From Novakomyces olei (lineage: Eukaryota): a stretch of DNA of 64,000 bases. The notes below the pieces were generated by a model, which searched no databases, was not told the DNA's origin, and saw only the letters and a program-made list of their open reading frames with translations. Of the stretch, positions 1 to 13,600 are shown piece after piece. The DNA lies in assembly GCA_016906335.1 (NCBI GenBank), contig JADEYG010000007.1, forward strand, positions 124,001-188,000, read 5' to 3'. The translations under genes were made by a program, and so were the position numbers. Within the stretch, counting starts at the first letter, position 1; each line of letters opens with the position of its first letter.

Positions 1-885
1 TGAGAAGCAAAAGCAAATTGTGCGCCATTTCGGACCTCTCCACGTTCACGGATGGGCACCGCATCCCATCGGCGGCTCCCATGAGCACATGGTCATTTAT
101 GACCATATCAAGTATGATAAATTAAACAAAAAGCTTAAAAAAAATAAAACAATTGAAACCAATTGAAAACAAATAAAACCTGTGCATCGAATTCGCTTAT
201 AAAACACACAAACAAGCTAACAATATTTAGCGATTTACGAGTGCGCAAATCCTGGAAAGGCAGAAGTCCTATTCAATGGCACAGCGATCAATCTCCAGAA
301 TCCCAGACGCCCGGATGTACATTTATCTGCATGCTGGAATCTCCCGCCACGTCCGGTGGCGATACGCTTATCAGCTCTAGCGTGCAAGCGTTCAAGTCTC
401 TCTCCCCCAAATTCCGTAAACGTCTCGAAGGTCTTACTGCCATTCATACAAACGACGATGGCGTGTCGCAAGAGCTCAAAAACGGACAAAAGGCAGTCAT
501 GCGACGCGAAAAGCTGGAAAATGAACATCCTGTTGTAATCGTTCATCCTGTCACAAAAGAACGCGCTCTTTACGTGAATCAAGTATACACGAAACGAATT
601 GTTGGATACGACGAAGAAGAATCCGATTATCTGCTGCGTTTCTTGTTTGACCACATGTCCAAACGTCAGGACTTTCAGTGCCGAGTGCGTTATGAGGAGG
701 GGACCGTGCTTGTGTTTGACCAGCGTGTAGTTCATCATTCACAGACTCTGGATTATCCGGCCGGTGAACGACGCCACGCCTTTAGATTGACACCCTTGGC
801 AAACAAGCCGATCGCTTCAAAAATAGACGAAGATGAAGATGATTGTGAAAAGGATAGTGGAAGAGTAATGCTGGGACTTTGCTAG
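1..885 (+). CDS. TauD/TfdA-family Fe(II)/2-oxoglutarate (sulfonate) dioxygenase, 5'-truncated by window edge; intron ~112-230
   Basis: WHSD metal-binding motif, GGDT, HPVVIVHPVT and FDQRVVHH motifs; GTATGA...GCTAAC...TAG intron. Confidence 0.85.
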
Positions 886-989
886 ACTTTTGCAGGTAGT
901 TTGAATATAATTTTTTGGTTGTTAAAACTAATGGCACCCAATAATATGTACATGAAGGTATCTCTAAACAAAATTGTATCAGACAAAAG

Positions 990-1120
990 CAGGAGAAAAA
1001 TAGCAATGATAACAACAATAATAATAGCAACAATAATAAAGGAAATAATAACAGTAATAATAACAGTAATGATAGCAATAATAATAGCAGTAATAATAAC
1101 AGTATTTAATAATAACTATT
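990..1120. repeat. Degenerate (ATA/ACA/GCA/GTA) trinucleotide low-complexity tract between convergent genes
   Basis: Visible ataatagca/ataacagta repeats. Confidence 0.7.
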
Positions 1121-1255
1121 TATCGCACATCTAACAGCAATTCAAAAAAAATTGGAACCGAAAAGAGCCCACGTCCTCTAAAATATGACACATGCTTATA
1201 AAAGAATTGAAACCAACGATAGCAGTAAAATTGCACAAATTTGGAAAATTCCAAT

Positions 1256-3253
1256 TCAAAACGAAAAAACAAACGCATTTTCAGCAAGTTCCAAGTTTTG
1301 ACTATTCTCGCGCCATTGCTGCAAGACAGCCAACGGATCTTCAGAGAAAAAGTCCGCCTTGCGCATGCCGCCATTGTCGCCATCCTCCCCTTCATGGTTG
1401 GCCAAAGCACCCTGATCTCCGTCCGCGTCCACGTCCGGCCCAGACTGAGTTCTTATACCATCTTCACCACCTGGTGTCTGATGCAGTCGGATTGAGCTCT
1501 CAAAAAAATGAAGAATAGATCGAGCATTTGGCCAGAACCGTGTGAGGTGCCGGAGGGAGACAAGAGCAGAATCATACCGTCGCAAAGCGGCTATGGCCAA
1601 TACAGGATTAGAAAACCGTGCCTCTGAGCAGAGCTGGATAATAGCTGTAAACAAGCAATTAACCGCCGACAGCCAGAGCAGCTTCATTTCGCCCTTTTCC
1701 GCAATAAGCTGGAAAATGTCTTGGATGCAAGTCGCTGCGGCCAGGCAAATTTCTACATCGCCACCAGATCTAGTATAATTCTCACGGGAGCCTTGTTGCC
1801 TGGCCCTTTGCCTGTGCAGCATAATCAGAAAGGTATTGTATACAAGGTGAAGATTTGCACACCACACGTTTATTGCAGATGTTAGCCGAAGATGTAAATG
1901 ATGCGGTAGACAAAGGGACCAGCTCGCCAACGACTCATCGGAGGCCTTTAAACCGGCTTCCCGCTCATCTGCAGGCACAGGCAAAGAAAACATCAAATTT
2001 AAAGATTTAGAGATAATAATACACAACTCGTTGAAGCTCATGACATATTCTACCAGAGTGTTTGGGCCACAGTCTTCAAAATCTGATGCTTTCAGACTCT
2101 GTACGTCACAGTTTGACAAGCAAATTGCCTGAGAGCGTCCATACTGCATGGAAACGAGCACATCACATTGAAAAAGAAGCCACCAAACTCTTCGCCACAT
2201 CCGTTTGTTACGTGAAATCAACGTACTCTTGTCCGCATCACGATGCATGCCCAGACCCATTGCCGTCCGGCAAGCAATGCCTATCCAAAACCAGGCATTT
2301 GCCGTCACATCTTCCAATCCATCCGTGTACCACGTAAGCAGCAAAGCCGCCTGGACGACAGTGTCGCGGTTACGTTCGAATTGAGCATCGAAAAGTAATT
2401 TTGCACTTTTGAAAAAGGCCGATTTAAATGTGTCCCGCTCCGCAAGCGATAGCGTGACATGCGCCCCTACTAGCAGGACACAGTGAAGGAGTAAAAGCGA
2501 TGGCGGGTTTCTCGGGTTCCGTCCATGGTACTGCGCCATAAAGTGAGCCTCATCAACGACGGGGAATCCCGGGTTCACTAGCGTAAAGTACCCATCAAGG
2601 AGCCTGTCTACAATATCTTTTGATGGCAGCATAAAAGCTCCATTCAAATGGTTGTCTTGTCCATTAAAGGCCGTCTCGCGCTCAATGCGGTTCACTGGAA
2701 AATGAGAGATACCGTCGGCCCTTGAACCAAACTGCTGCTGCACAAGGTAGTTCAAGTTTGAAACGTCAGTACCAATGTAGACCGTGCGCGCATGCTTATC
2801 AATGGGCCGCTGAGCCAGCTCTGGTCGATCAATAAAATCAAAAATATTCTGGAACAGACTATCGTGAGCCGTAAAATTTGCTGTAGTAGCAACCTCAGAC
2901 GCTGGCGTCCATGACACGAGCTCCCCTTCTCCAAGCCGAGATTCTGGCTCGGGCCGAGACTCGTTTCCGCGGCCCGAGCTGTCCACTTGTACATCTCGCG
3001 CGGAAAGCCGTTGCGAACCTCGCTTGCGCTTTAACCGAACCGAGCACCTATCAGCGCGGGCAGTCTCTTTGCAATTCGAACACGGGTACCCAACTTGGTC
3101 GGAATCGCAGCGCACTTTGCGCTCGTGGCATACCGTACAGGCTGCTCTACCTACGCGAAATCATTTAGCTAAAGGATTTACTAACGCCGTCTTACTCGCG
3201 GCCTGAGAGCGGTAGTTGCTCAGCCTCGTAGTGCTCTGCTCCCTCGTGTGCAT
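1256..3253 (-). CDS. Zn2Cys6 transcription factor with fungal-specific TF (middle homology) domain; intron ~3151-3195; start approximate
   Basis: Spliced N-terminus gives ACTVCHERKVRC...PCSNC...C; AMGLGMHRD and RRVWWLLF motifs. Confidence 0.85.
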
Positions 3254-3764
3254 GTCTACTCTATCATTCCGCCTGAAAGCCAATTCGGGGTTTCCGATTT
3301 GTCCAAACCATTGATCGTACGAACAAGGCAGATGGGTGCTTGTATTATTTATATTTATATTTATATATATATTTATAGTGTGCATCTTTGTAGGCGACAT
3401 CGATATTGCGATAAAGATGTTGTGATACCGAGATAGTAATACTAATAATTTTATTTGATAACGCGCTGTCTATATGACAAGGTCAATAATCTTATATGTT
3501 TTCGCGTAGGAGGAAAGGATGCAACAAAGTCGCTACATCGTAAAAGATAATAGCCATGTTTTGGTCGATCAAAGTCCTAAAAAATCTATTTGAATCTATC
3601 ATCCATTTTATTCATGTGCACAAATTATTCGTTTGAGCTCAGTCACATTGCTCACAATATCATTAACATTTTTCGTATAGTCATTATATGATTGCATTTG
3701 ACAGACGACTGATAAAAGTGCGGTTCAACAAACGGCTTTTTGCTGCCGCCGAAAAATCACGCAA

Positions 3765-4346
3765 TCACGAATGTGATTTTCGAACCTGCTCAATCTGCGA
3801 CTGATCGAGTTCGCGTACGGAAAAGACGCTCGGTGTTTCACCCGTAAAAATCCCCTTAAGCGTGGTGACAGCATTAGTTATGGCAGAATTATGGCTGGCG
3901 GCAAAAGTAATAGACAAAGCCTTGACACGGATAATGCCAAGTCGGGGATCGTTTTCGCTTCCATCGTGAACGCCATCATTCAAGTCTCCAAGCCAGGCCT
4001 TGAGTACAGGGGAGTAATACTGTCGAGCTGCCTCGGACGTGGTATCGATGGTAGCTGTCCCCGAAATGCTGGCCCACTCGCCTGTGCTCTCCTTGTAAAA
4101 GGAAACATTCACATGTGAATCGTTCTTGATCTCATCCACTTTATGCTGTTGCAAATTTGTGTGGAATACGAGATCAACTTCATTCTCCCGTCCAGCGACC
4201 GCCATAGCCCGGCTCACCAGCAATCCGTCCGAGCGATGGGTCGTGAGCATACCAAACTTTTGGTGATCAATGAAATGAGCGGCCGTTTCCACAGACTCCG
4301 CCAGGGGCACATTGCCATCGTAGTTTTTGTCCTTGTATGGATCCAT
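3765..4346 (-). CDS. BLI-3-like / pyridoxamine 5'-phosphate oxidase-like FMN-binding protein
   Basis: FGMLTT...LVSRAMA, WASISG and KAWLGDL.DG.HDG..NDPR motifs; first ATG at 4346. Confidence 0.8.
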   Translation of the reverse strand: MDPYKDKNYDGNVPLAESVETAAHFIDHQKFGMLTTHRSDGLLVSRAMAVAGRENEVDLVFHTNLQQHKVDEIKNDSHVNVSFYKESTGEWASISGTATIDTTSEAARQYYSPVLKAWLGDLNDGVHDGSENDPRLGIIRVKALSITFAASHNSAITNAVTTLKGIFTGETPSVFSVRELDQSQIEQVRKSHS

Positions 4347-5114
4347 ATCAATCGAAATAAACCCGACTGGTAAACTGTTGAATAATCTGTCAATGTGTCC
4401 TTTTCGCACAGAACCAATGGCTCTGACGGTCCATTTATACCTTTTACGATGTGACGTTAGCTCGGTCCACTCGTATGACGTCAAGATAGAGTCGTGATTA
4501 TTATGTCAATTTAATGTATGCTCGTTTGGGTCGTCCATATAATAATGGTACGGTCGCATCAATCGAGTCTTTTTCCCTGATTAGTTAGGTTAATATCATG
4601 GTTTATGGAATATTTGGCAGGTGGAGATCATCCATTAATTTATACATTAATTTGCAGGAATAGCCATTATTCATTGTATCTTGTAAATATTGATTGGAAA
4701 TTGTTCTTGTGGTAGAATGTTTGGATTAAAAGCTCACGAAAGCTTTGGCTGAATCCACATGGAGTTCTGGGAATTCGCTTGGGCTCTATATATCAATATA
4801 TATATATATATATATAACTATATATTATGTTCAAAGAAGATCCAATAAAATTCTAGTCAAAAAACTGACACGCACGATAGATGTATCTGAATTTGAAGAG
4901 TAAACGAGGTAATATGAGGGGATAATGGTTATCATATTCCAACAATATCATACATCATGTATCCTTGAATCTGTCTATGTATCTATGTACCTATGTATCG
5001 CTATTAGTCTGATCACCAATCGTACTTGTAACGTCCACTAGAATAATTTAAATTGGCACGATACTGTCTGCCACGACTTCCCCACAAAGCCATTGGTAAA
5101 GGGGTCTACGTAAT

Positions 5115-6452
5115 ATGGCCGACATTGAAATTAACGCCGAGGTACTTTAATTTTTCCCCATGACGAAATTCCGAGATGTCACATGACACAAATGCTAACA
5201 TAATTGCACTATAGACTCCGAATCCTTTGCCCACTCAACCGCCAACTGGCTCGACACAGTCCTTTGGCTCGGACCAGCAAACATCTCTCCCGCAAAAGTC
5301 TCCACTACGCAGTAATAGTGTGCGTAATAGTGTAGGCAGTTTTAAAGCAGTTGCACCTTTGGACTTTTCACGCGAGAAGAAGGAGACAGCGAAGGGTGCT
5401 GAAGAAGCTGAAATGGCTCTCAGTCAGGTCGAGGACGGTAATGCCGGCTCTTCTACTCTGCCGACTACCACCTCGGAACAGCCTCCGCCCTTGCTTGCTG
5501 AAGAACCCTCTTCCTCCACCGGCGCCGTCCCTCCCTTGGTTCAACAAGAGCCTCAGTACTCGGGAGAGCGTTACAAGACTTTTTGTATGAGGCATTTTGC
5601 TCTCTGCTTTTATACTAACCCGCTTCGTCTAGTCACCGACCTTTTTACTTGGAAGTATCCTATTTCTTCAGGAATAGCTTTCCTCGCTTCGCTTGTGGCA
5701 CTGCTAGGCCTCCATTTTGTGAGCCCACTTCGGCTGCTGTTTTACGGATCATGGGTCGTTTTTGGTGCCAGCTCGTTGATTGAGTTTGCTAGTGCAAAGC
5801 TGTCTGGTGGCAGCCGTGGAATAATCTCGTAAGGATTGCCTCAGCTTGATTTACATGCTCGTTTTTATCTTTATTTTATTTGTATCTTTTTTTATTCGAG
5901 TCTTTTGGCTTTCACTAAATTTACCATTTTCTAACTTGCAGACAATTTAAACCCGCTCAACCATTTCAAGTTTCTCCTTCAATGGTACAGCCTTTTGTGT
6001 CTAGCGTTGTAGAAGCAATTAATTTCCAACTTGACATGTTCCAACATTTGATGTATGCCGAGAATTTGGGTCACACTCTGGGTGTAAGTATTTGCAATCT
6101 CATTGCAGCTTATTTTAATTGGCATTGTCATTAATTTTTGCAGGCCTTTGTTTTGTCCTTTATTGGATACAAGCTTATTCGACACGTCCCTTTCTGGTTC
6201 CTTGCTTTCACCGGGACAGTATCGGCTTTCACGTTGCCTTTGGCGTATAAGCAAAACTCTGAGCTGATTCATTCTAATATGAACAAAGCTCAGAACGTCA
6301 TCTCTGACAAGGCTGGCTCTCTCAAGACAACGGCTGGCGACAAAGCCGGCTATTTTGCCAGCAAAATTTCTGAGAAGACTGGATTTGATCCAAGCCGTTA
6401 CCTTGACTATATCAAGCAAAAGGTGCCGGATTCTTCAAAAAAATCAGAATAG
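5115..6452 (+). CDS. RTN1: Reticulon-like ER-shaping protein; introns ~5142-5214, 5585-5632, 5829-5941, 6085-6143
   Basis: DLFTWKYP..SG..F followed by long hydrophobic hairpins and AFTLPLAY; GT...CTAAC...AG introns. Confidence 0.75.
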
Positions 6453-6634
6453 TCTAATCTTGTGGTATTTTTTTGTCTAGTTTTAAATGTTCTTACGACA
6501 GAATTATTCCAATTTGAATAGAAGAAACAATAATCAAAATGCATTAATTGATTTAATATCGAATTTACCAAAAGATTTGATGTTAAATGTATGAAAATTG
6601 GTGTTTAAAATAGCCAATCTTTTCCATTTCACCT

Positions 6635-9049
6635 TCATGCCCCATAATTTGTAGCTTGCTGTTGTTTCTTGTTCTCATGCTTTTGAGGGTTCTCGATTAA
6701 AGACCGTAAATGCCGTTTAAGAGTTTTCGCTATTGCAAACTCCACAGTGTCGTCTTTCTTAATAGGGTGCTCTTCTGCCGGTACTATAAAATTATCCACA
6801 ATTGATTGTAGATCGCATATCTCCTTCAACATCGCGCATAGCTTGTCATTGGTCAATATCGAAAATAGCAGGTTAAAAAGATGAGCTTCATAATTCGTAC
6901 TGCCTTCTTGTTCACGAAGTTTACGTAGATTTTCCCAGCAAAAAATTTGTTCAACCATAAATGTAAGCATACGCTTCACAGAGTCAAAAGACATGGCCTA
7001 TTCATTAGCAATCATTGATCTAAAACCTTTTGTTAAACATAGAAAAGACAACTAAAAGAATAAATAAAACTTTGGCAACGACGACAACCAAAAATTGAAA
7101 GCCAAAACAAATCGGGTAAAGTATGAAGTCACAATGCCTAAAATGATTCGAATGAAGAAGTTCGATAAAAAAATACGAGCATTTTGAATAAAATGGGATC
7201 ACAAACGGAAATGACATTAGTGATATTAGCAATAATAATAATAAAAGTCGCGAAAGCAAATAGATGAAAAAAAACAAATAGATAAATAACGGTAAACAAG
7301 GGAAAACTACTTTTAGGTCTGAATACATCCCGTCTTTAGCAAGTGTCAAGGTCTGACTTTTAAGATTAAGAAACGGAGACGTGGCAAAAACTTCAGTTAC
7401 AAACGACATTCGGCAATCAGGATCAGCCTCTAAATAAAGCTTTTTAAGGGAATCATAGACGTCGCTACGAGCCGTGGACTCTTCGCATGTAGCGCAAATA
7501 TTACCCAAGTTCCGCAAAACTTGCAGCATATCAAACTCGCCAGCCAATCGTTGTTTCCGCATTACCAATGTCGCGTATAAAGTGCCAGACCCTTCGCCGG
7601 GTATTTCCAGCAAACGGTCCAAATCGATGTCTTTCAGCCATTCCGTGTTCTTGTCTTCAGAATACAAAAGGTTCAAGGCCAATATGTAGTAGCAACCAAA
7701 GGTGGACAAGCTGATTGTTTTGCTGTTTGTTGGATATTCTTCTTCTTCCTCTTCTTCTTCGGAACTGTCGCCTGCTGCCCCATTTTGCTTGGCATCTACA
7801 AACTTCATTAGTATGATTTGAATAAATATGCAACAAGATCAAGCGATAAAAAACCAAAAGCACACTGCGCACCATTCCTCCGGATTTCAGCAATACAGCT
7901 GGCAGAATCAAGGCCCAGAGATTCGCATACAATGTAAAGGCGCTCCTCCGTAGGCTTTTCATCTTCAGTCAAGAGTCTAAATCCTGATCCTCTGGGGTCA
8001 AACGGTATTCTGGACGACATAGTTTCTATCGCAAACGTGGCGAACGCTTGAAAAAGCCGGACACACAACTTATTTTCGTTTTGTTCTGACTCAGAGTCCT
8101 CTTTTGACAATTCATTCTTTTTTTTCTCCTTTACAAAAAAGTCCTCGTCATACGCGAACTCCAAGACTTCGACAACATGTTCGGAGACGTCCTTAAACGT
8201 CGTGATATCTGTGTCAAGAGCCTCAGTGTAAACGCCAAGGACAGTGGTCAGGGTGTCAGACACGAAACGTGAGATTTTCTTCACATTCAGTCGCAATAGC
8301 ACTAAAATTTATCAATATATAAGGGGTAACACGTTGACTACTCACCCTCAGTGAAACCATCAAACAGTGCAGATACTCGCCAAAAAATGAGATCATTAGC
8401 CGTTGGTTTATGCCGTTTACTCTCACTCTTTCCATCATTTTCCTCTTCCACCTGGGCTTTGCTCTCCTCCACTCGTAATGTTGACGCTCCCCATTCTAAA
8501 TTCTTGCCAAGCTCAACAAGCTTCACAAACACTTCTTTGGGGTTTCCCTTGGTGACGATAAGTTGCCACGTGAGCCCCACTCCCTGCTTATCTCTCTCAT
8601 GAAAGCCAAAGAAGGGCAAAACAAGCTGAGCCAGGTCCCATGCCACACCTTCTAAAATAAAGGACTACACACCATGTTGATTAACAATTCGCCTTTGAAA
8701 CCCCAGAAAAGATGAAAAACTGAATAAAGCAATATGAATATAAACCAATGACGGTGCAAAAACGTTACATATTCTTCAACACTTAGCTCGGCAGCAAGAC
8801 CATCAAATAGCTTTCTTTGCTCGGCTACGGTGAGGTTCGTCTTAGCATTGCTCAAAACTTCATCCAGCAAGGTCGACAGCTCGATCAGTCCTGGAGAATT
8901 GCCGTTCTTATTCTAGAAAATGATTCAGTACTTGTCCCAGCCAAAATGAAATTTAAATTAATAAAACTAAAAAACAAAATTTGGATGTTTACTTTTGCCG
9001 TTATATCAAAGCCGGTCTTTATCGCCTCGAGTGATTGCTCCAAGTCCAT
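6635..9049 (-). CDS. Multi-exon YAP-binding/ALF4/glomulin (Ybp1-like) family protein; exon boundaries approximate
   Basis: Exon fragments with AWDL and GNPKEVFVKLVE motifs; chain of minus-strand ORFs separated by intron-like gaps. Confidence 0.55.
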
Positions 9050-9685
9050 TGAAATGGCAAAAACGATAATACTATCTACTTTGCTCAACGCTTCCGTCCT
9101 TCAACGATTCCTATACAGTTAACTAGGAGTCAAAGTCGCTTAATACGGCCAACATACTATTCATTTATTGATCAGTCACTGAGATTATGCTTGAATTAGT
9201 CCCTAATCCTGGAACACTAACTGTCGTTCTGCTCCGCTATTGCTGAATAATTTACAATATAGCGACACACACCTGCAGAAATAAACTGCAAATCTTATTT
9301 GCTTTGGAGAACACAAGCTTATTTGAAGTGTATCGTACAGTTTAAATATTACGCAGTTCTTATACGGAAAAAGGAGCTCTTGAACCAAAAATGAAATTTA
9401 TAATAAAATAAAATTAAAAATAAAAATAAAAAATCAATTTTCATTAAGGCTTGCGTGCAGCTAATTAAAAGGCTGAGCTGGACCAAATGCCTGTAATATT
9501 GTGGGAAGTTTCGCGATTCCAACGGCCAATTTAACGTTGGGCCGTGAAACGTAAACTTCGTATGGGAAGGCCACTTTTATTAATGTAAGTATTACCAAGA
9601 TCGCAGCATGTTAAAGTAATACTATAAGCAAACCTACTGAACCGTGGGGAGCAAATATCCACGTGAACTGCAGAGCAATGAGATC

Positions 9686-10330
9686 ATGGCGACGCCAATT
9701 AATCAAGTCTTTGGCGGACGATCGGGTCTCGAGGTCTATTTGAAAAATCCACAAATAAACCACGAGATTCTATACTTTGACGATGATGTTGTACTTATTC
9801 GAGACATGTTCCCAAAGGCTAAAGTGCATCTTTTGCTGCTGCCGCGGTCTATGGATCTAAGTCTCTCTCACCCATTACATGCGTTGAATTTTTCACATAA
9901 TTTAAATATGCTAAAAGAAAAAATTGAAATTATTCGGCCTCTCGTTTTACAAGAGATTGAAAAGTCGTTTCCGTCGGGTCTGAATTATGAGAGTATTTAC
10001 CGCGATCTCAAGGTTGGAGTGCATGCGAACCCGAGTATGCGAAACTTGCATATCCATATTCTGACCCCGGACATGTGCTCGCCGATGCTTAGACATAGAT
10101 CTCACTATAATTCATTTTGCACCGAGTTTTTCGTTGACTTTTATCAGTTTCCCCTGCAAAAAAATGCTTGGATATTGGTGCTTGCCAACAGGGAAACTGC
10201 ACTGAAGTCGGACTTGAAGTGCTGGAAATGTCGGCAAAACTATGGCCGTCAATTTTCACGGCTCAAGGTTCACTTGCATCAGGAATTAAAGGTCTACGTA
10301 GACTCCAAAATGTTACACCTTAACGCATGA
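9686..10330 (+). CDS. HNT3: Aprataxin-like HIT-family DNA deadenylase with C-terminal zinc finger
   Basis: DMFPKAKVHLLLLPR, HANPSMRNLHIH, HYNSF and CWKC...LKVHLHQE motifs. Confidence 0.88.
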   Translation: MATPINQVFGGRSGLEVYLKNPQINHEILYFDDDVVLIRDMFPKAKVHLLLLPRSMDLSLSHPLHALNFSHNLNMLKEKIEIIRPLVLQEIEKSFPSGLNYESIYRDLKVGVHANPSMRNLHIHILTPDMCSPMLRHRSHYNSFCTEFFVDFYQFPLQKNAWILVLANRETALKSDLKCWKCRQNYGRQFSRLKVHLHQELKVYVDSKMLHLNA

Positions 10331-10694
10331 ATTAATTTGAAGCACCTCTCTAGTCAATATCATTTGGCAAAACAACTGCTCATTTTATTAGCAGCACTTT
10401 ATACAGATTGTCCCGAAGTTCTTTCGGGTTCTCTGTAAAAAATGGAAGATTAGATAATTGATTATCGTAATTCTGCTGAAAGAATTTGGTTTATACTGGA
10501 AAGATAAACGCTTTTTGGCGTTTTCAAAGTCTCTACCACAGAGGGTGGGATACATGCATTCAAGCATTAGTCATTTAACGAAATTCTTGCGAAAAATGTT
10601 TTGCTTTATTACAGATGCCAAAGTCGAAAAAGTAAAACAAATATGAATATAAATCAAAAAAAAAACATTTTAGATTAATACAAATAATGCTCTA

Positions 10695-13600
10695 TTACAC
10701 TTTATCCGACTCCGTTTGCAAAAGAGTCCCCGCCAAGTTCAGCCATGTCTGCTGTTCCTTGGAGAGAACTTGCCCCGGCTGTTCGAGCAGGTAATAAATA
10801 ATCTTTTGCACTTGCATGCGTAGAATTCTAAAAGCCAGCAGCGACCTCGCGTTATCAAACGCAAAGCGTAACCGGCCATGGTCGAGGGAGAGTTGGCCAG
10901 ACAGTAATTTAAACTCGCCATCCCCGCAAAGCATGGCCACAGCAGAAGGCTCTATCTTTGCCGTCTCCTGGGCATAAAGCTTCTTGCTTTGAATGAGTGA
11001 GTAGTATGCAATGAGGCGGGTATGTGCGTCCAATCGTTTACCGAAATTAACAGAGGTCGGGTGGATTGAAAGATGCTTGTTGTTCATGATCGTATGCGTC
11101 TGCCCCGAACTGGGATCGTGTTTCATTAGCTTTGGGTATAGACCCGCTCCGACAACTGCGCTTGTTATCCAAGTATTTTCACTGTTTGCGTTATATTGGT
11201 CCGGCAAAAAAAAGAACCGCGCTTGTCGGGAGCTCTGGTATCTCAGCGAGTTTAGCTGCTGCTGTAGCGTTGAGCTCAGTGAGAGCAATCGAGCATCAAT
11301 TAGCAGCTGAATGTATTGCTGCCGCAAATCTTCAATGGCAACAAGATCACGGGCAGACAAGAAGTTTTGACTGCAAAAGGCCTTTTCTGAAAGATGGCTG
11401 GACCCCGTGCACACGCGTCTCCATGTGCAGTACACTTGGAAGACAGTTTGGAAATCAGAATTATCCTTGGCAAAGTGCATTTTGGCTCTTTCTGCCTCTT
11501 TTTCCAAGCCAAACGGGCTTTGAAAAGGCGACTTTGTCGATAGACTGGCAGCAATCACGAGAGCAACGTCGAGACACTGGAATGCCAGGCCGAACAGGAT
11601 AATCTTGCCCAGATAAACGTCGACAGGGAGCATGGCTAGATGCTTACCCAGTAGGGTCAGGTCTTCATCCGTTGCGGTAAGAGCCCCAACGTCCACCAAC
11701 GAGCTAATTGCCCTCCGAACATTGTCCGGCGAAGGAGGATCAAGCGCATCTGTTAGCACTTCATTAATTCCCCCTAGCTCACACGTTTTAACGCGCATGG
11801 ACAAGTCCTGCAGCGAGAGCCGTTTGATCTCTGGAACCTGATGATCCGTCATCCATTTATTGTATCTATTACGCGTAAACAAGTGGAAGCAAAGACCCGG
11901 TCGGACTCGACCAGCACGTCCTCGTCTCTGTTGAGCGTTCGCCTTGGAGATAAAGCCCTCAACAAGTCGGCTGATCTGACGCTTCTCGTCAAAACGCATT
12001 TCCTTCACTTTACCCGTGTCAATTACACACGTAATGTCGGGTATAGTGATACCCGTCTCTGCAATATTTGTAGCCAGTACCACCTTTCTAACTCCCGGAG
12101 CAGGTGGCTCAAAGACGGCTTCCTGGTCGTTGCTGGCAATGGAAGAATGAAGAGGGTAAATGACCCAGGCGTTGCTGCCAAAGGCAGGGTGTGATAAAAG
12201 TGCACTATAGAGTCTCCTTATTTCTGCCAGGCCGGGCAGAAAAACAAGAATTGCTTGGCTAAACTGTCGCACACCGTCATCGCTGCCATAAGCAATCGTG
12301 TCTAAAAGGGACACAATCAAATCGTAGTTTATTCGGTACTCTTCCATCATTGCCAGGGTTTTCTGGGTTTCAATGCTGTAGCCGGAAAGGCAGCCGGAAG
12401 CAGCCGGTGATTGAGCGGCAGCCAGAGAAGCCTGCTCCGTTTCGTCATCAAACTCCATATTGAATTGGGAGCTTCGCAGTTTTGTACGTGCAAACGGTGA
12501 TTTTTCATCCAGCTTGTAGCCCGTCAGTTCTATCGCGTCTTCCAGAAACTTTTCCTCCACCGGGAAAGTGCGGCCGGGGATGTTTAGTATGGGGCAGTTG
12601 AACATGTACGTGGACAGCCGTTCTGCGTCCACTGTGGCGGACATGAGAATGACTTTTAAGTCGGGTCTGTACTTGAGGATTCTGCGGACAACAATCAACA
12701 AGAAATCAGAATCAATGCCCCGCTCATGCACCTCATCAATGATTAAATGCGAAATTGATTCTAGTGTCTTGGAGCCCTCCAACATGCGCAGTACGATTCC
12801 TGTTGTGGCGAATGTGAGACGAGTGCTCCTGCACGTTTTGGCCTCGAGTCGGATAGCGTAGCCGATGTGAGAACGTACGGTGCCACAGGCCCCACGAGCA
12901 TCGCCCAGCTCTTCAGAGACTCGATGTGCTAATGAAAGAGCCGAAATGCGTCTTGGTTCGGTACAAACTATATTGAAATCCAGCTGATGGCCAATCTTGT
13001 CCTCCATTATGTACGCAGGTATCTGGGTACTCTTGCCGGAACCCGTTTCGCCACAAACGATGACCACCTGGTTCGCTTCTATTACATCCAAAAGCTTATC
13101 CCTGAAACCAGCTACAGGTAGCTCCATCCTACCCAAATTCATCTCCATATACTGTGGGCTCTCCGTCCGCACTTGCCACTGTTGAGCCATTTGCAGCCTT
13201 GTTTCTGCTGGTACACGGTAACTCTCCGACTCAGACGCCGTACTGTCGCCTTTGTGCTCGTCTTGAGAAACGTTGGATTTGAGTTCCAGTCCTCGAAGAC
13301 GGTTTTCAAGCACTCTGGACAAAAGCTTCAACGTGTCCCGCGTACTCGAATCCCTCTGCATAATAAACTCTTTTTGTTTTTCGTCATAAAGGTCTCGGAA
13401 AGGCTTGGGCAGTTGAGTATGGGTCATTGTGCCGGCAGTTGCTGCAGAGGATACAATCGCCACCGTCGCTACATAGTTTTGCGCCATCTCGTACGACGTA
13501 CAGCAATCATCTGCCATATCATAATGCTCACTAGGAGCACCGTTAGAGAATTTAACTGTAAGAGACGTCTGCACACAGATAGTGCCCTTGGGATGACTCC

